Source of the DNA: Fervidobacterium sp.
Lineage (GTDB): Bacteria; Thermotogota; Thermotogae; Thermotogales; Fervidobacteriaceae
Direction of reading: 5' to 3'
Assembly: GCA_049970055.1 (NCBI GenBank)
Contig: JBMFNR010000003.1
Coordinates: 121,388 to 185,387 of the forward strand
Length of the DNA stretch: 64,000 nt
The notes beneath the pieces are model-generated. The model searched no databases, was not told the origin of the DNA, and was given only the letters and a program-made list of their open reading frames with translations. Shown in pieces: positions 26,690-38,249 of this stretch. How positions within the stretch are numbered: position 1 is the first letter of the stretch; each line of letters opens with the position of its first letter. The translations under genes were made by a program, and so were the position numbers.

Positions 26690-29155
26690 ATGTTTGATAG
26701 ATTCTCAGAACGATCCGCAAAGGTTTTCGTGACAGCACAGGAAGAAGCAAAAGATTTAGGTCATTCTTATGTTGGAACTGAGCATCTACTTCTGGCGATT
26801 TTAAAGCTAAATGATAAGCCGCTTTCTACAATATTTGAAAGATATGGCTTAACGTATGCTCGCGTGAAAAATGAAGTCATTTCTATAGTAGGTCTTGGTA
26901 TGCGAGGTTTTATCATGTCGCCACAGATGACACCAAGGGCAAGAAAGGTTACAGAAATCGCATATGAGGAAGCGAGGATGACTGGGAGTGACAAAATAGA
27001 TCCAGAGCATTTACTTTTAGGTATTCTTCGTGAAGGCGAAGGAATAGCTATTCACATTCTTAAAAAACTGAATGTAAACATCCAGTCATTACGAAAAGAG
27101 ATTGCTGAAAATATCTCAGACGAGGATTACTATGAGGAAACACAATCGATGCCGTTAACTGAAGAACCAGTTTCGTCTCCGGCAGTTAGACAATTAGAAG
27201 GTTTTGGTGTAGATTTGACAGCTCAAGCGATGCGTGGTGAGCTTGACCCTGTTATTGGTAGAGAAGTAGAAATAGAAAGGTTAATGCAAATACTTGTAAG
27301 AAGGAAAAAGAATAACCCCGTTTTAATCGGTGAACCGGGTGTTGGGAAGAGTGCAATAGTTGAAGGGTTGGCTCAAAAGATTGTTTCAGGAGAAGTACCG
27401 GAACCTTTGAAAGGCAAGACTATCTTTTCATTGGATGTTGCAGCTATCGTGGCTGGTACAAAGTACCGCGGTGAATTTGAAAAAAGGATGAAGAAACTTC
27501 TTCAAGTTGTAAAGGGTAATAAAGATATCATACTCTTTATAGACGAACTTCATATGATTGTTGGAGCTGGTTCTGCCGAGGGTGCTGTTGATGCTGCAAA
27601 TATTTTAAAACCGGCTCTTGCTCGTGGTGAGTTACATTGTATTGGGGCAACTACGCCAGATGAGTATAGAAAATATATAGAAAAAGATGCTGCACTTGAA
27701 AGAAGATTCCAGAAAATTTATGTTTCTGAACCAAGTCCGCAGATGGCACTGGATATACTAAAAGGACTCAAAGCAAAATACGAATCACACCATAAAGTGA
27801 AATATACAGACAAAGCACTTGAGGCGGCTGTATACTTATCACAAAGATACATTACAGACCACTTCTTGCCAGACAAGGCTATAGATGTAATCGACGAGGC
27901 AGGTGCGAGAACACGCTTGAAGCTTTTTGTTATCCCAAGCGAATTGCAGCTTCTTAAGTTACAAGTAGAATCTGTGAAAAATGAAAAAGAAGAAGCTGTG
28001 AATATCCAAGACTACGAAAAAGCAGCGGAATTAAAGGTCAAAGAACAGGAGCTTAGAGAAAAGTTTAATGAGGAGTACAATAAATGGCGTAAAGAAATAG
28101 AATCTGTTGTAGCAACAGTTGATGTTACGGATATTGAAGAAGTGGTTGCAGGTTGGACTGGTATACCGTTGAAAAAGCTTGAAGAAACAGAAAAGGAAAA
28201 ACTTCTCAAACTGGAAGAAGCATTGCATGAAAGAGTTGTCGGACAAGATGAGGCGATTAGTGCAATCGCACGGGCTATAAGGAGGGCAAGGAGTGGACTA
28301 AAGGATCCACGGAGACCTGTTGGAGTATTCCTTTTCCTTGGCCCAACGGGTGTTGGAAAAACAGAACTTGCAAAAGCTCTAGCTGAGTACTTGTTTGGTG
28401 ATGAGAAAGCACTTATTAGGTTTGATATGAGTGAGTATATGGAAAAATTCTCCGTATCAAGACTTATTGGTGCACCTCCAGGATACGTAGGATACGAAGA
28501 AGGTGGAACTCTTACAGAAAAAGTTAGAAGAAGACCTTTTTCAGTTATACTATTTGACGAAATAGAGAAAGCACACCCAGATGTGTTCAACATATTGCTG
28601 CAGATCATGGACGACGGAAGACTAACAGATTCTCAAGGACATGTTGTTGATTTCAGAAATACCATAATCATAATGACTAGTAACATAGGAGGTACAGATT
28701 TGGTAACATCCAAGAAGAGTCTTGGATTTGTCGATAACGAATCACATGAGCGTGAATTTTATGAGATGAAAAGTAAAGTGTTAGAAGAGGTAAAGAAAGT
28801 CTTTAAACCAGAGTTTATAAACCGTATCGACGAAATTATTGTTTTCCATAAACTCACCAAAGAGCATATAGAGCAAATAATCGAAATACTTCTTAAAGAC
28901 ATCAGGGCTAGGCTATTCGAGCGGAAGATCAAACTGACTCTTTCTCAAGAAGCCAAGGAGTTCTTGATAAACGTTGGCTATGATCCTGTGTATGGGGCTC
29001 GTCCACTGAAACGAGCAATTCAGAAATATATCGAAGATCCTCTTTCAGAAGAACTTCTTAGAGGAGAAATATCTGATGACAGCGAGGTTTACGTTGTTCC
29101 AGAGGATAATAAATTGATTTTCGTTAAACAGAAAAGTGAAGTCCAGAAAGTTTAA
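26690..29155 (+). CDS. clpC: ATP-dependent Clp protease ATP-binding subunit ClpC (class III AAA+)
   Basis: 821 aa with Clp_N repeats ([15 protein letters not shown] and [10 protein letters not shown]), two Walker A motifs (GEPGVGKSA and GPTGVGKTE) and a UVR-like linker ([21 protein letters not shown]). An extended -10 (TGgTATAAT) lies at 26656-26664. Confidence 0.95.
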   Translation: MFDRFSERSAKVFVTAQEEAKDLGHSYVGTEHLLLAILKLNDKPLSTIFERYGLTYARVKNEVISIVGLGMRGFIMSPQMTPRARKVTEIAYEEARMTGSDKIDPEHLLLGILREGEGIAIHILKKLNVNIQSLRKEIAENISDEDYYEETQSMPLTEEPVSSPAVRQLEGFGVDLTAQAMRGELDPVIGREVEIERLMQILVRRKKNNPVLIGEPGVGKSAIVEGLAQKIVSGEVPEPLKGKTIFSLDVAAIVAGTKYRGEFEKRMKKLLQVVKGNKDIILFIDELHMIVGAGSAEGAVDAANILKPALARGELHCIGATTPDEYRKYIEKDAALERRFQKIYVSEPSPQMALDILKGLKAKYESHHKVKYTDKALEAAVYLSQRYITDHFLPDKAIDVIDEAGARTRLKLFVIPSELQLLKLQVESVKNEKEEAVNIQDYEKAAELKVKEQELREKFNEEYNKWRKEIESVVATVDVTDIEEVVAGWTGIPLKKLEETEKEKLLKLEEALHERVVGQDEAISAIARAIRRARSGLKDPRRPVGVFLFLGPTGVGKTELAKALAEYLFGDEKALIRFDMSEYMEKFSVSRLIGAPPGYVGYEEGGTLTEKVRRRPFSVILFDEIEKAHPDVFNILLQIMDDGRLTDSQGHVVDFRNTIIIMTSNIGGTDLVTSKKSLGFVDNESHEREFYEMKSKVLEEVKKVFKPEFINRIDEIIVFHKLTKEHIEQIIEILLKDIRARLFERKIKLTLSQEAKEFLINVGYDPVYGARPLKRAIQKYIEDPLSEELLRGEISDDSEVYVVPEDNKLIFVKQKSEVQKV

Positions 29156-29166
29156 AGGAGCAATCT

Positions 29167-30552
29167 ATGGCTAAATCAAAAACGGTATATGTATGTGATA
29201 AATGTGGTTACGAGTCACCGAAATGGTTTGGAAAGTGTCCTGTTTGCGGAGAATGGAACAGTGCAAAGGAATTCGCGTTGAAGGAATCTAATGAAAAAAC
29301 AATTAGGAGCAATCAAGCGGGGATGGAATCACCTCATCCTCGTTTTTTTGATATTAATTCAGCAGTTGAAATATCAGACGAAGAGCGTATCAAAAGCTAC
29401 ATTCAATCAATTGATGAACTTTTATCCGGTGGAATCGTCAAAGGTCAAGTAATATTGCTTGGTGGAGAGCCTGGTGTTGGGAAAAGCACAATAGCCATGC
29501 AAATTTGTGATTCAGTTGCAAGACATTCAAAGAAAAAAGTGTATTATATTTCTGGAGAAGAAAGTGTTAGTCAGGTTGGGCTTAGGGCTAAAAGGCTCGG
29601 TATAAAAAGTAAAAATTTACTGATCTCATCTGAAACGCAGATAGAAGATGTACTCAATACAATTGATCCAGATGACGCACAGTTAATAGTAATAGATTCA
29701 ATCCAAACACTGAGCAGTGCGGATATAGATTCACCTATTGGTGGGGTTGTTCAGATTAAAGCTGTTGTTGAAAAGGTTCGTATATTCTCAAAAAAATATG
29801 GTATACCATCCATCCTAATAGCGCACGTAACAAAGGAAGGTACAATCGCTGGTCCAAAATTAGTTGAGCATGTTGTTGATACTGTGATATATTTTGAGGG
29901 TGAGCGCACAACTGACTACAGAATCTTGCGTGTTCAAAAAAACCGTTATGGACCGAGTGGAGAACTATCTGTTTTTCAAATGACGAATGATGGACTGAAA
30001 AGCCTTTCGGAAGATAATCTTCTCACTTATTCTCAAACGCCTGGAAATGTGTTTGCAAGCGTATATGAGGGGAGTCGTCCACTTAATGTTCAAATTCAAG
30101 CTCTCGTTTCGAGAGTTAAGATGGCAGCGGGAAGGCGGATATCTCACGGGATAGATGTGAGAAAGGTTATAATAATTTCAGCGGTCTTGTCAAAACATTT
30201 GAATTTACCACTCGATTTTCATGATATTTACATTAATGTCTCTGGAGGAATAAACATAACGGAGCCAGGTTGTGAACTTGCTGTTGCCGGAGCTGTGTTG
30301 TCGTCTTTTCTCGATGCTTTTATAGGTAACGTATTCATGGTTGGAGAAATAGGACTTGATGGAAGTGTCAGGCCAGCGGTAAATATTGGAAAAAGAATCG
30401 AAAATGCTAAAAAACTCGCTGTGGATAAAATAGTGATTCCTGATGTTAGTCTGGATCTAAATAATCTTAAGTCAAGTGATCTCAAGGTACAAAAAGTTAA
30501 GCACGTAAGGCAATTGTTCGAATTAATATTAGAGCTAAAGAAAGGGGAGTAA
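29167..30552 (+). CDS. radA: DNA repair protein RadA/Sms
   Basis: 461 aa with an N-terminal Zn ribbon (CDKCGYESPKWFGKCPVCGEW), Walker [10 protein letters not shown], a KNRYG motif (KNRFG-type) and a Lon-like C-terminal domain. Confidence 0.95.
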   Translation: MAKSKTVYVCDKCGYESPKWFGKCPVCGEWNSAKEFALKESNEKTIRSNQAGMESPHPRFFDINSAVEISDEERIKSYIQSIDELLSGGIVKGQVILLGGEPGVGKSTIAMQICDSVARHSKKKVYYISGEESVSQVGLRAKRLGIKSKNLLISSETQIEDVLNTIDPDDAQLIVIDSIQTLSSADIDSPIGGVVQIKAVVEKVRIFSKKYGIPSILIAHVTKEGTIAGPKLVEHVVDTVIYFEGERTTDYRILRVQKNRYGPSGELSVFQMTNDGLKSLSEDNLLTYSQTPGNVFASVYEGSRPLNVQIQALVSRVKMAAGRRISHGIDVRKVIIISAVLSKHLNLPLDFHDIYINVSGGINITEPGCELAVAGAVLSSFLDAFIGNVFMVGEIGLDGSVRPAVNIGKRIENAKKLAVDKIVIPDVSLDLNNLKSSDLKVQKVKHVRQLFELILELKKGE

Positions 30553-31422
30553 GTGATGAAGAAGATAAAGATTTTAGTTGATAGTACATCAGATTTTCCG
30601 AAGGATATGATAAATGAGTGGGATGTGGACATCGTTCCACTGTATGTAAATTGGCCAGATGGCACAAGTGAAAAAGATGATACTCGCGACTTTGCGGAAC
30701 TGAAAAAATTTTATGAAAAGCTTAAAAGTGCTCCGGAACTCCCAAAAAGCTCACAACCATCTGTTGAAGACTGGAAAAACAAATATTTAGAAGCCCATTC
30801 CCAGGGTTATGAAGGTGTATTTGTAATAACTATCTCAACGGCAATGTCTGGAACATTCAATTCAGCAACCTTAGCGGCGAAAGAAGTAAGTATCCCTGTG
30901 AGAGTTGTTGATTCAAAGATGGCATCAACAGCTATCTCACCTATGGTTAGGTATGCAAGAGAACTTTTCAACCTTGGTGTTGATTTGGATACTGCGGCAC
31001 AGGAACTTGAGAAAAAAATAGCCGCTAAGGGCTTCGGAGCGTTTTTCTACGTTCAAGACTTTAACTTTCTTGTTAAAGGTGGAAGGATCAGTAGATTTGC
31101 CGGATTTGTAGGTACCTTGCTAAAAATTAGGGTTGGAATCTACATAAACGAAGAAGGCAACATGGTGCCATTCGCAAAAGCCAGAGGCTTCAAAGCAATT
31201 GTCGAAGAACTGCTCAAAAAAAGTGAAGAAGAAGGCTTTACGAAAGGCAGCGTTGTTGATCTTTACATGGTTAGCTGTGATAACTTTGAAGAGCTCAAGG
31301 AAATCGAAAAGATTCTAAGGGATTATTACAGAGTGAATAACGTTTATTACACGCCTACCGGCAAGGTTATATCGACTCATGTTGGACCGGGGCAAGCAGG
31401 GTTTGGAATAGAAAAGTATTAA
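30553..31422 (+). CDS. DegV family fatty-acid-binding protein
   Basis: 289 aa. It begins KILVDSTSDFP and shows the DegV/EDD-fold pattern. The start is GTG 30553 or ATG 30556, directly after the radA stop. Confidence 0.9.
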   Translation: MMKKIKILVDSTSDFPKDMINEWDVDIVPLYVNWPDGTSEKDDTRDFAELKKFYEKLKSAPELPKSSQPSVEDWKNKYLEAHSQGYEGVFVITISTAMSGTFNSATLAAKEVSIPVRVVDSKMASTAISPMVRYARELFNLGVDLDTAAQELEKKIAAKGFGAFFYVQDFNFLVKGGRISRFAGFVGTLLKIRVGIYINEEGNMVPFAKARGFKAIVEELLKKSEEEGFTKGSVVDLYMVSCDNFEELKEIEKILRDYYRVNNVYYTPTGKVISTHVGPGQAGFGIEKY

Positions 31423-31445
31423 GTTCGTTGCAGGAGGGTTGAGAT

Positions 31446-31829
31446 ATGTCCGAAACGTATTTTAACACTCTTGATGAGTTTAAAAAATTTAGAGAAAGGA
31501 TGAATCAAGAAGTATTAAATAAAGGGACAATCAACACGAAACGTTTCTGGGCACTCGACAGTGCAGTTTATAAAGAGGGAGTGCTTGATACTAAAACAAA
31601 GGAACTTATGGGACTTGTCGCTTCCATGGTACTTAGGTGTGATGATTGCATAACTTACCATATGATAAGATGTGCGCAACTTGATGTAACAGACGAGGAA
31701 TTCTTTGAAGCGTTTGATATAGCTCTTGTCATTGGAGGTTCCATAGTTATACCCCATTTGAGAAGAGCGGTTAACACCTTACTGGAAATTCGGAGGATGC
31801 AAGCTAATGGCGAAAGTGTTTCTCTTTGA
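31446..31829 (+). CDS. Carboxymuconolactone decarboxylase / AhpD-like family protein
   Basis: 127 aa with a CxxC-type motif, RCDDCITYH, in an all-helical context. It overlaps the polA start by 23 nt. Confidence 0.8.
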   Translation: MSETYFNTLDEFKKFRERMNQEVLNKGTINTKRFWALDSAVYKEGVLDTKTKELMGLVASMVLRCDDCITYHMIRCAQLDVTDEEFFEAFDIALVIGGSIVIPHLRRAVNTLLEIRRMQANGESVSL

Positions 31830-34503
31830 CGGTACGGGATTACTTTACAGAGCGTATTTTGCAATAGATCAAAATTTAACGACATCAACAGGCATTTCAA
31901 CAAATGCCCTTTACGGCCTTGCTAGGATGCTTCTGAAGTTTACCAAAGAACATGTGAAACCTGGCGAGGATTACTGTGCCTTTATGATAGATGTGAAAGG
32001 TGGAAGTACTCACAGAAAAGAACTTTACGCACAATATAAGGCCCAACGTCCAGAAACACCTGAACCTTTGTTGAGGCAAATATCTTTAGTTGATGAGTTA
32101 GTTGAAGGATTTGGTATAAAAGTTGTAAAGATACCTGGATTTGAAGCAGACGATGTAATTGCGACAATCGCTAAGAAGTTTGAGATGTCAAGGGATACTT
32201 ACAAAATAAGTGAAATAAACATTATAACCAGTGATAAAGACATGCTCCAGTTAGTTAACGATTTAATAACTGTTTGGAGAGTTGAAAAGGGAGTAACGGA
32301 TTTGAAAAAATACACAAAAAGGGAGGTTTTAGAAAGATACAATGTTAAGCCAGAGCAGATTAAAGATTACCTCGCATTAGTTGGTGATGCATCCGACAAT
32401 ATACCAGGCGTACCAGGAATTGGTGAAAAGACTGCCGCAAAGATATTGAAAGAGTTTGGAAGTGTTGAAAACGTATTGAAAAGCATCGATAAATTGCCTG
32501 ATAAATTAAGATCCTTGTTCGAAAGTAGCGTAGATGAATATGTACTGAGTAGAAAGCTTGTTGAATTGAACACAAACGTTGAGATAAACTTCGATTTATC
32601 AGAACTTCTGTACAAAGGCTACGATAATGAAAAATTGCTTAATGAACTCAAAAAATTCGAATTTTCAAGTATTATAAAAGAACTAAATTTATCTACAAGC
32701 ATTCTGGACAATGTTGAGTATACCATCGTTGATAACGAACAGTTGCTAAACAGGTTGCTTGAAGTGTTAAAGAAATCAAAAAAAATATCGTTCGACCTCG
32801 AAACTACCTCACTTGATCCTTACGAAGGAAAGATCGTCGGTATTTCAATAGCCGTGGATGAAGGCATTGCATATTATATTCCTGTTTCTCATGTTGATGC
32901 AAAGAATATACCTTTTGATAGAGTTAAAAGATTTCTAAGTGAGCTATTTAATGCAGGTAAAAGTGTAGGAGGGCATAACATAAAATTCGATATAAAATTC
33001 CTTTTGAAAGCTAGTATCGATCCTCAAGTTCCTTCATTTGATACAATGATAGAGGCTTACCTACTCAACCCAAATGAAAAAAGATTTAACCTTGATGAAT
33101 TGGCTTTGAAATTCCTAGGTCACAAAATGATATCATACGAGGAACTTGTGAAAAATACGCTTCCACTATTTGCCGGAGATTTTTCATACGTTCCCGTTTT
33201 TGCTGCTGCTAAGTATTCTTGCGAAGATGCTGATATGTCACTGAGAATTCACAATTTGCTCTATCCATTGATATACTCAAACGAAATGGATGAATTGTAC
33301 GAAAAAATAGAGTTACCTATGATACCAGTGCTTGCAACATTAGAGCTCAACGGCGTGTATTTTGATACGGAATATTTAAACAATCTTTCTCAGGAAATGG
33401 ATAAAAAACTTTCTTTACTCTCGCAGAAGATATTTGATATAGCAGGAGAAACATTCAACATAAACTCTCCAAAACAGTTGGGTTATGTACTTTTCGAGAA
33501 GTTAAAACTACCAACACGTAAGTCGACGACAACAGGTGCTTATTCGACTGATGTTGAAGTTCTTGAGTATTTAGCTAGCGAGTACGAGATAGCTAAGCTG
33601 TTACTAGAATATAGAAAGATACAAAAACTGAAAAGCACATATGTTGATGCGATTCCAACGATGGTAAACAGATATACGAAAAGGGTACACGCTTCGTTCA
33701 ACCAGACCGGCACTGCGACAGGAAGGCTGAGTAGTTCAGACCCGAATTTGCAAAATTTACCTGGAAGAACCGATGAAGGCAAGGAAATTCGTATGGCTGT
33801 TAGGCCTCAAAGAGATGGATGGTACATACTGGGTGCTGACTATTCACAAATAGAGTTACGTGTGCTCGCTCATATCACAGAAGATCCAAACCTCATAAAT
33901 GCGTTCAAAGAAGATAAGGATATACACCTTGAAACTGCGAAAAAAATTTTCAATGTCAGCGAAGAATTCTTAACTGAAAGTATGAGAAGAATAGGCAAAA
34001 TGGTTAATTTTGCTATTGTCTACGGTGTTTCACCCTACGGACTTGCAAAAAGAACAGGGCTGGATGTAAAGGAAACCCGAAAAATGATAGAAACGTATTT
34101 AGAATACTATAAGAACGTTCAAGAATATATGGCCTCAATTAAGGAATTTGCACGAAAGCATGGGTACGTAAAAACAATGTTCGGAAGAAAACGCGACATT
34201 CCACAGATAAATTCAAAAGACCAAAATATAAGGGCGGAGGGTGAACGTATAGCTATAAATACGCCCATCCAAGGAAGCGCTGCGGACATTATGAAAATAG
34301 CAATGATAAATATCCACAAAAGATTAAAGATGGAAAAAATGAAGACAATGATGATTTTGCAGGTGCACGATGAACTTGTTTTTGAAGTGCCTGGGGATGA
34401 ACTAGAGTACGTTAAGAACATGGTCAAAGAGGAAATGGAAAATGCCGTTAAGTTAATGGTTCCTTTGGTTGTAGATGTCTATGTTGATAAATATATGCTT
34501 TGA
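31807..34503 (+). CDS. polA: DNA polymerase I (5'-3' exonuclease, 3'-5' exonuclease-like and polymerase domains)
   Basis: 898 aa. The 5' nuclease region has EADDVIAT and GDASDNIPGVPGIGEKTA. The polymerase motifs are motif A (DYSQIELRVLAH), motif B (RRIGKMVNFAIVYG) and motif C (QVHDELVFE). Confidence 0.97.
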   Translation: MAKVFLFDGTGLLYRAYFAIDQNLTTSTGISTNALYGLARMLLKFTKEHVKPGEDYCAFMIDVKGGSTHRKELYAQYKAQRPETPEPLLRQISLVDELVEGFGIKVVKIPGFEADDVIATIAKKFEMSRDTYKISEINIITSDKDMLQLVNDLITVWRVEKGVTDLKKYTKREVLERYNVKPEQIKDYLALVGDASDNIPGVPGIGEKTAAKILKEFGSVENVLKSIDKLPDKLRSLFESSVDEYVLSRKLVELNTNVEINFDLSELLYKGYDNEKLLNELKKFEFSSIIKELNLSTSILDNVEYTIVDNEQLLNRLLEVLKKSKKISFDLETTSLDPYEGKIVGISIAVDEGIAYYIPVSHVDAKNIPFDRVKRFLSELFNAGKSVGGHNIKFDIKFLLKASIDPQVPSFDTMIEAYLLNPNEKRFNLDELALKFLGHKMISYEELVKNTLPLFAGDFSYVPVFAAAKYSCEDADMSLRIHNLLYPLIYSNEMDELYEKIELPMIPVLATLELNGVYFDTEYLNNLSQEMDKKLSLLSQKIFDIAGETFNINSPKQLGYVLFEKLKLPTRKSTTTGAYSTDVEVLEYLASEYEIAKLLLEYRKIQKLKSTYVDAIPTMVNRYTKRVHASFNQTGTATGRLSSSDPNLQNLPGRTDEGKEIRMAVRPQRDGWYILGADYSQIELRVLAHITEDPNLINAFKEDKDIHLETAKKIFNVSEEFLTESMRRIGKMVNFAIVYGVSPYGLAKRTGLDVKETRKMIETYLEYYKNVQEYMASIKEFARKHGYVKTMFGRKRDIPQINSKDQNIRAEGERIAINTPIQGSAADIMKIAMINIHKRLKMEKMKTMMILQVHDELVFEVPGDELEYVKNMVKEEMENAVKLMVPLVVDVYVDKYML

Positions 34504-34508
34504 TAAAA

Positions 34509-35345
34509 TCAGTAAATTAAGAGTGCCCCGAAAAATAGTAAAATCGCTGCGATAACTCGGAAACCAATCTTTTCTTTTAGGAAAACTCTTGCAAAAAACA
34601 TAGTAACGAAAACAGAGAGCATAGATAATGGTTCGGCCACACTGACACCTAGATAATTGAATGCCTTAAGCAAAGCAATGTATGAATAAGCATTACATAT
34701 TCCACCAAGTAAAAGATAAATAAACCGTGTTTTTACAAGATTAATATATTCTTTTGGTTTATTTCCAAAGACTAAGCCGTATATGAATATATAAATGCTA
34801 ATCACAAGGTAAATACCAACTGAATATCCAACTGGAGAAACGTTGTAAGTTATTCTTCTATCAACAATTCTGCCAAAAGCCATAAGAATGGAAGAAATAA
34901 GCATAGCTAAAGCACCTTTGCTTTTAATAAGATTTCTGTAAGAAATAGCGATACTTTCTCCTTTCTTAAGGAAGCTAACACCATAAATCATCAACAAAGC
35001 ACCTAACAACTTTTTCCATGTGAATGGTTCACCGAGAAAGATGGCAGAAAGTACCACTAGGAATATTGCGTTTAGATTGTAAAGAGGGGCCACGACTGTG
35101 GTGTCTTCATTTCCAAGTGCATAAGTGTAAAGTGAAAATGACAAGGAGTATATTGTTCCACTTGCAATTGATTTTAACAATATTTCCAACGTGAGTTTGT
35201 TAAAGAATGGAGTAAACGATATGAATGAAAAGAAGAAAAAGCCCCATGCTGCAACAAAAGTTGGTGCGTTTTTTGAAATTTTTCTGCCTGCGATACGTTC
35301 ATATCCAAGTAATACCAGACGTAATGCCATCCATAGCAGTCCCAT
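34509..35345 (-). CDS. EamA/DMT family transporter
   Basis: A 10-TM-like profile made of two EamA repeats. I prefer the ATG at 35345, which lies 5 nt after GGAGG, over the track start at 35474. Confidence 0.8.
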   Translation of the reverse strand: MGLLWMALRLVLLGYERIAGRKISKNAPTFVAAWGFFFFSFISFTPFFNKLTLEILLKSIASGTIYSLSFSLYTYALGNEDTTVVAPLYNLNAIFLVVLSAIFLGEPFTWKKLLGALLMIYGVSFLKKGESIAISYRNLIKSKGALAMLISSILMAFGRIVDRRITYNVSPVGYSVGIYLVISIYIFIYGLVFGNKPKEYINLVKTRFIYLLLGGICNAYSYIALLKAFNYLGVSVAEPLSMLSVFVTMFFARVFLKEKIGFRVIAAILLFFGALLIY

Positions 35346-35422
35346 TTTTGCCTCCACATTGGATATTCTGTTAACAAATATACTGTTAATAATTATACCA
35401 CAATGATTAACAATATTGTGAG

Positions 35423-35980
35423 GTGACAACTTTGGAAAGAAGACAAATTTCACTTTTAGAGCTATTTTTATCAACTATGAAAATTGGCGCTTTAACGATT
35501 GGTGGCGGTTATGCAATGGTACCAATCATTAAAGATGAATTCGTAAAAAAGAAGGGATTACTTAGTGAAGATGAGTTTACAACGCTTCTTGTTATTGCTC
35601 AATCACTACCTGGACCTATTGCTGTAAATACATCAACACTGGTTGGATACAAAGTAAAAAAACTGCCAGGTGCTTTAAGTGCAGTATCCGGCGCTATCTT
35701 TGTACCAACAGTTAGTATAATTATCATAGCAGTTTTACTTACACAGTTTTATAATTACATCCAACCATTCTTAAAAGGCATGAAAGCATCTTTATTTGCA
35801 ATACTGCTGGTAGCTGTAATCAAGATGTGGAAGGCGAATGTTAAAAACATTGAAGACTTCGTTATTTTCTTGGTATCATTTTCACTGCTAATCTTTTTAA
35901 AGTTCAACCCAGTTACATTAGTATTCCTTGGAATAATCTACGCGATAATAAAGAATCTTATTCATGATGAAATAAAATGA
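35423..35980 (+). CDS. chrA: Chromate transporter (CHR family), N-terminal-type half
   Basis: 185 aa with a GTG start. It has GGGYAMVPII and AQSLPGPIAVN, the CHR signature. It pairs with the next gene as a split short-chain CHR. Confidence 0.85.
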   Translation: MTTLERRQISLLELFLSTMKIGALTIGGGYAMVPIIKDEFVKKKGLLSEDEFTTLLVIAQSLPGPIAVNTSTLVGYKVKKLPGALSAVSGAIFVPTVSIIIIAVLLTQFYNYIQPFLKGMKASLFAILLVAVIKMWKANVKNIEDFVIFLVSFSLLIFLKFNPVTLVFLGIIYAIIKNLIHDEIK

Positions 35981-35993
35981 GGGGGCATCATAT

Positions 35994-36515
35994 ATGGTGT
36001 ATCTTGAGTTGTTTTTGACATTCCTACAAATTGGTGCGATAAGTTTTGGTGGTGGATATAGCATATTGAAAGCTATAAGTCATTACGTTGTTGATACAAA
36101 CCGTTGGATTACACTGGAAGAATTTAATGATATCGTTGCAATTTCTCAATCAACACCGGGTCCAATCGGAATTAACGCAGCAACATTCGTTGGGTATAAA
36201 GTTGGTGGAATAGTTGGTTCTCTGTTGGCAACATTTTCAGTGATCTTAATACCTGTTATTTTATCACTGGGTACATACATGATTTACAAAAAGCACAGCG
36301 ATAACAAAACATTGCAAACGATAATACTAAGCTTGAAACCAATAATCCTTGCAATGATAGCATCAGCAGCACTAAACTTTTTGAAAAACGCATTTGGTTC
36401 TCTAATATCTATCACAATAACCGTGGTATCGGTTTTACTTTTACTTTACACAAATATTGATGTAACAATTCTGCTATTTACTGCGGGGCTACTTGGGTTC
36501 TTTGTATTCAGATAA
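35994..36515 (+). CDS. chrA: Chromate transporter (CHR family), C-terminal-type half
   Basis: 173 aa with GGGYSILKAI and SQSTPGPIGINAA. Confidence 0.85.
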   Translation: MVYLELFLTFLQIGAISFGGGYSILKAISHYVVDTNRWITLEEFNDIVAISQSTPGPIGINAATFVGYKVGGIVGSLLATFSVILIPVILSLGTYMIYKKHSDNKTLQTIILSLKPIILAMIASAALNFLKNAFGSLISITITVVSVLLLLYTNIDVTILLFTAGLLGFFVFR

Positions 36516-36590
36516 AGTTACCAGTAATTTCTTGGTATCTTTAGATTAGTGGTATAATAAATATAACAGTGGATGAAGGAGGGAATAATC

Positions 36591-37367
36591 ATGGGAAACA
36601 TTGGTACACAAAACATCACTCTTTACGACGATGGAACGCACAAATTTATCTTTTTAGCGTGGGAAGAAAAGGAAGAAGAAGGGATAGTCCAGACAAACCA
36701 ATACATCATAATCGATGGTGATGAAGCAATGCTACTTGATCCTGGAGGAGCACATGTTTTTCCACGAGTACTTGCGAATGTCTCTGAAATTATTGAACCA
36801 AGTAAGATAAAGTACATTTTCTTTACACACCAAGACCCGGATGTAACATCTGGAATCACACTTTGGCTGTCGATTGCAGAAAACGCAAAAATATACATCT
36901 CTGGACTCTGGACTAGATTTTTACCGCATTTTGGTGTTTATGACCAAAGAAGAGTTGTTGCCCTTCCTGACAAAGGCGACAAGTTAAGGTTAAAATCAGG
37001 TACAGAACTTGAATTTATACCAACTCACTACCTACATTCAACAGGGAATTTTACACTTTACGATCCGCATTCTAAAATTCTTTTCTCAGGTGACCTCGGG
37101 GTTGCTGTATTTCCAAAAGGCCAAAGATACGTTTTTGTTGAAGATTTCAATCAACATGTCAAACTTATGGAACTTTTCCACAAACGATATATTACATCGA
37201 GTGTAGCGTTAAGAAAGTGGCTAAGCATAGTGGAAAAGAAAGATATCAATATAGTTGCTCCGCAGCATGGGGCAATATTTAAGGACGAGAACGTCAAAAA
37301 ACTATTTGAGTGGTTTAGAAATTTAAAATGCGGAATTGACATAATCGATGAGATATACGGCAGGTGA
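36591..37367 (+). CDS. Metallo-beta-lactamase-fold diiron protein resembling the oxygen-binding diiron protein (ODP) that partners soluble chemoreceptors
   Basis: The ATG at 36591 lies 7 nt after AAGGAGGG; the track start is 36573. The FFTHQDPDVTSG motif parallels the HxExDH diiron motif of the flavodiiron protein at 54253 (IIDHMEPDHSG), and there is no flavodoxin domain. It is followed 5 nt later by a soluble MCP. An extended -10 (TGgTATAAT) lies at 36550-36558. Confidence 0.7.
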   Translation: MGNIGTQNITLYDDGTHKFIFLAWEEKEEEGIVQTNQYIIIDGDEAMLLDPGGAHVFPRVLANVSEIIEPSKIKYIFFTHQDPDVTSGITLWLSIAENAKIYISGLWTRFLPHFGVYDQRRVVALPDKGDKLRLKSGTELEFIPTHYLHSTGNFTLYDPHSKILFSGDLGVAVFPKGQRYVFVEDFNQHVKLMELFHKRYITSSVALRKWLSIVEKKDINIVAPQHGAIFKDENVKKLFEWFRNLKCGIDIIDEIYGR

Positions 37368-37372
37368 TATAA

Positions 37373-38215
37373 ATGCCAAACATAGGAAATGATACTCTTG
37401 AGAAAATGTCTTCTGCTTACTTTGCAGAAAATTTAATGACCTCTTTTATGTTACAGCTTGACGAGGCACTTATTTCGAGGGTCAAAGACGTTCAAGTGAG
37501 CATAGGGGAACTTCAAAGAAATTTTCTGATGATGCAAGAGAGGCTTAATAAACTTGCTGAGCAATTCGATAAAGAGGTGAAAGATCTTTTTTCAAGTCTT
37601 GAAGAATCCCAATATGTAAATGCGGACATAACGGAATCACTAAGAAAATCTGGAGCCGATGTGAACAAAATAAACGAAGTTGTAATGAACTCAGTCAAAG
37701 AAACAACTAAAACACTTGAAATGTTTTCGAATGTCGAAAATATGGTTACAGAAATAACAAAAATAGCCAAGCAAACTAATCTTTTGGCGTTAAATGCATC
37801 AATTGAAGCTGCACGCGCTGGTGAATTTGGTAAAGGATTTGCCGTTGTAGCTTCAGAAGTTCAGAAACTTGCTGGCGAATCAAACGCAGTTGCAAAGCAG
37901 ATTACGTTTCAAGTTAAGGAATTGTCGAAATCGGTTTCAAGCGCACTTGAGAGTATCAAGTTGGTTGGTGAGATATTCATTACGGTTCAAAATTCATTCC
38001 AACAGTTGTTGGCATTTATGCAGCAAAACTCAACTCTTTTATCACATGTCGCACAGTTGCTTTCTGAGACCAAGGAAGAGCTTACAGCTGAGAGTCAGAA
38101 CTTTTCTAGAGCAACAGAAGTTATGGGGGAAGCAGCAAGCAAATTTGAAACGCTATCAAGAGTAATTTCATCGATAGTAAAAGCGCAAGTGAAATTGAAA
38201 GATTTAAAATTGTAA
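37373..38215 (+). CDS. Soluble (no TM) methyl-accepting chemotaxis protein, TM14-like
   Basis: 280 aa with no hydrophobic segment. The signalling tip reads [32 protein letters not shown]. The RBS is AGGTGA. Confidence 0.85.
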   Translation: MPNIGNDTLEKMSSAYFAENLMTSFMLQLDEALISRVKDVQVSIGELQRNFLMMQERLNKLAEQFDKEVKDLFSSLEESQYVNADITESLRKSGADVNKINEVVMNSVKETTKTLEMFSNVENMVTEITKIAKQTNLLALNASIEAARAGEFGKGFAVVASEVQKLAGESNAVAKQITFQVKELSKSVSSALESIKLVGEIFITVQNSFQQLLAFMQQNSTLLSHVAQLLSETKEELTAESQNFSRATEVMGEAASKFETLSRVISSIVKAQVKLKDLKL

Positions 38216-38249
38216 AATGGGAATGTCATAATCACCAAGGAGTGATTGA

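Noticed and set aside
28012-28608. 198-aa minus-strand ORF inside clpC
   Set aside because: It is antisense to the conserved AAA+ domain 2 of ClpC and has Ser-rich shadow-frame composition.
34501-34511. Convergent polA and EamA stop codons only 5 nt apart, with no terminator hairpin
   Set aside because: This is real but unremarkable in compact genomes. No structure or motif is present to interpret.
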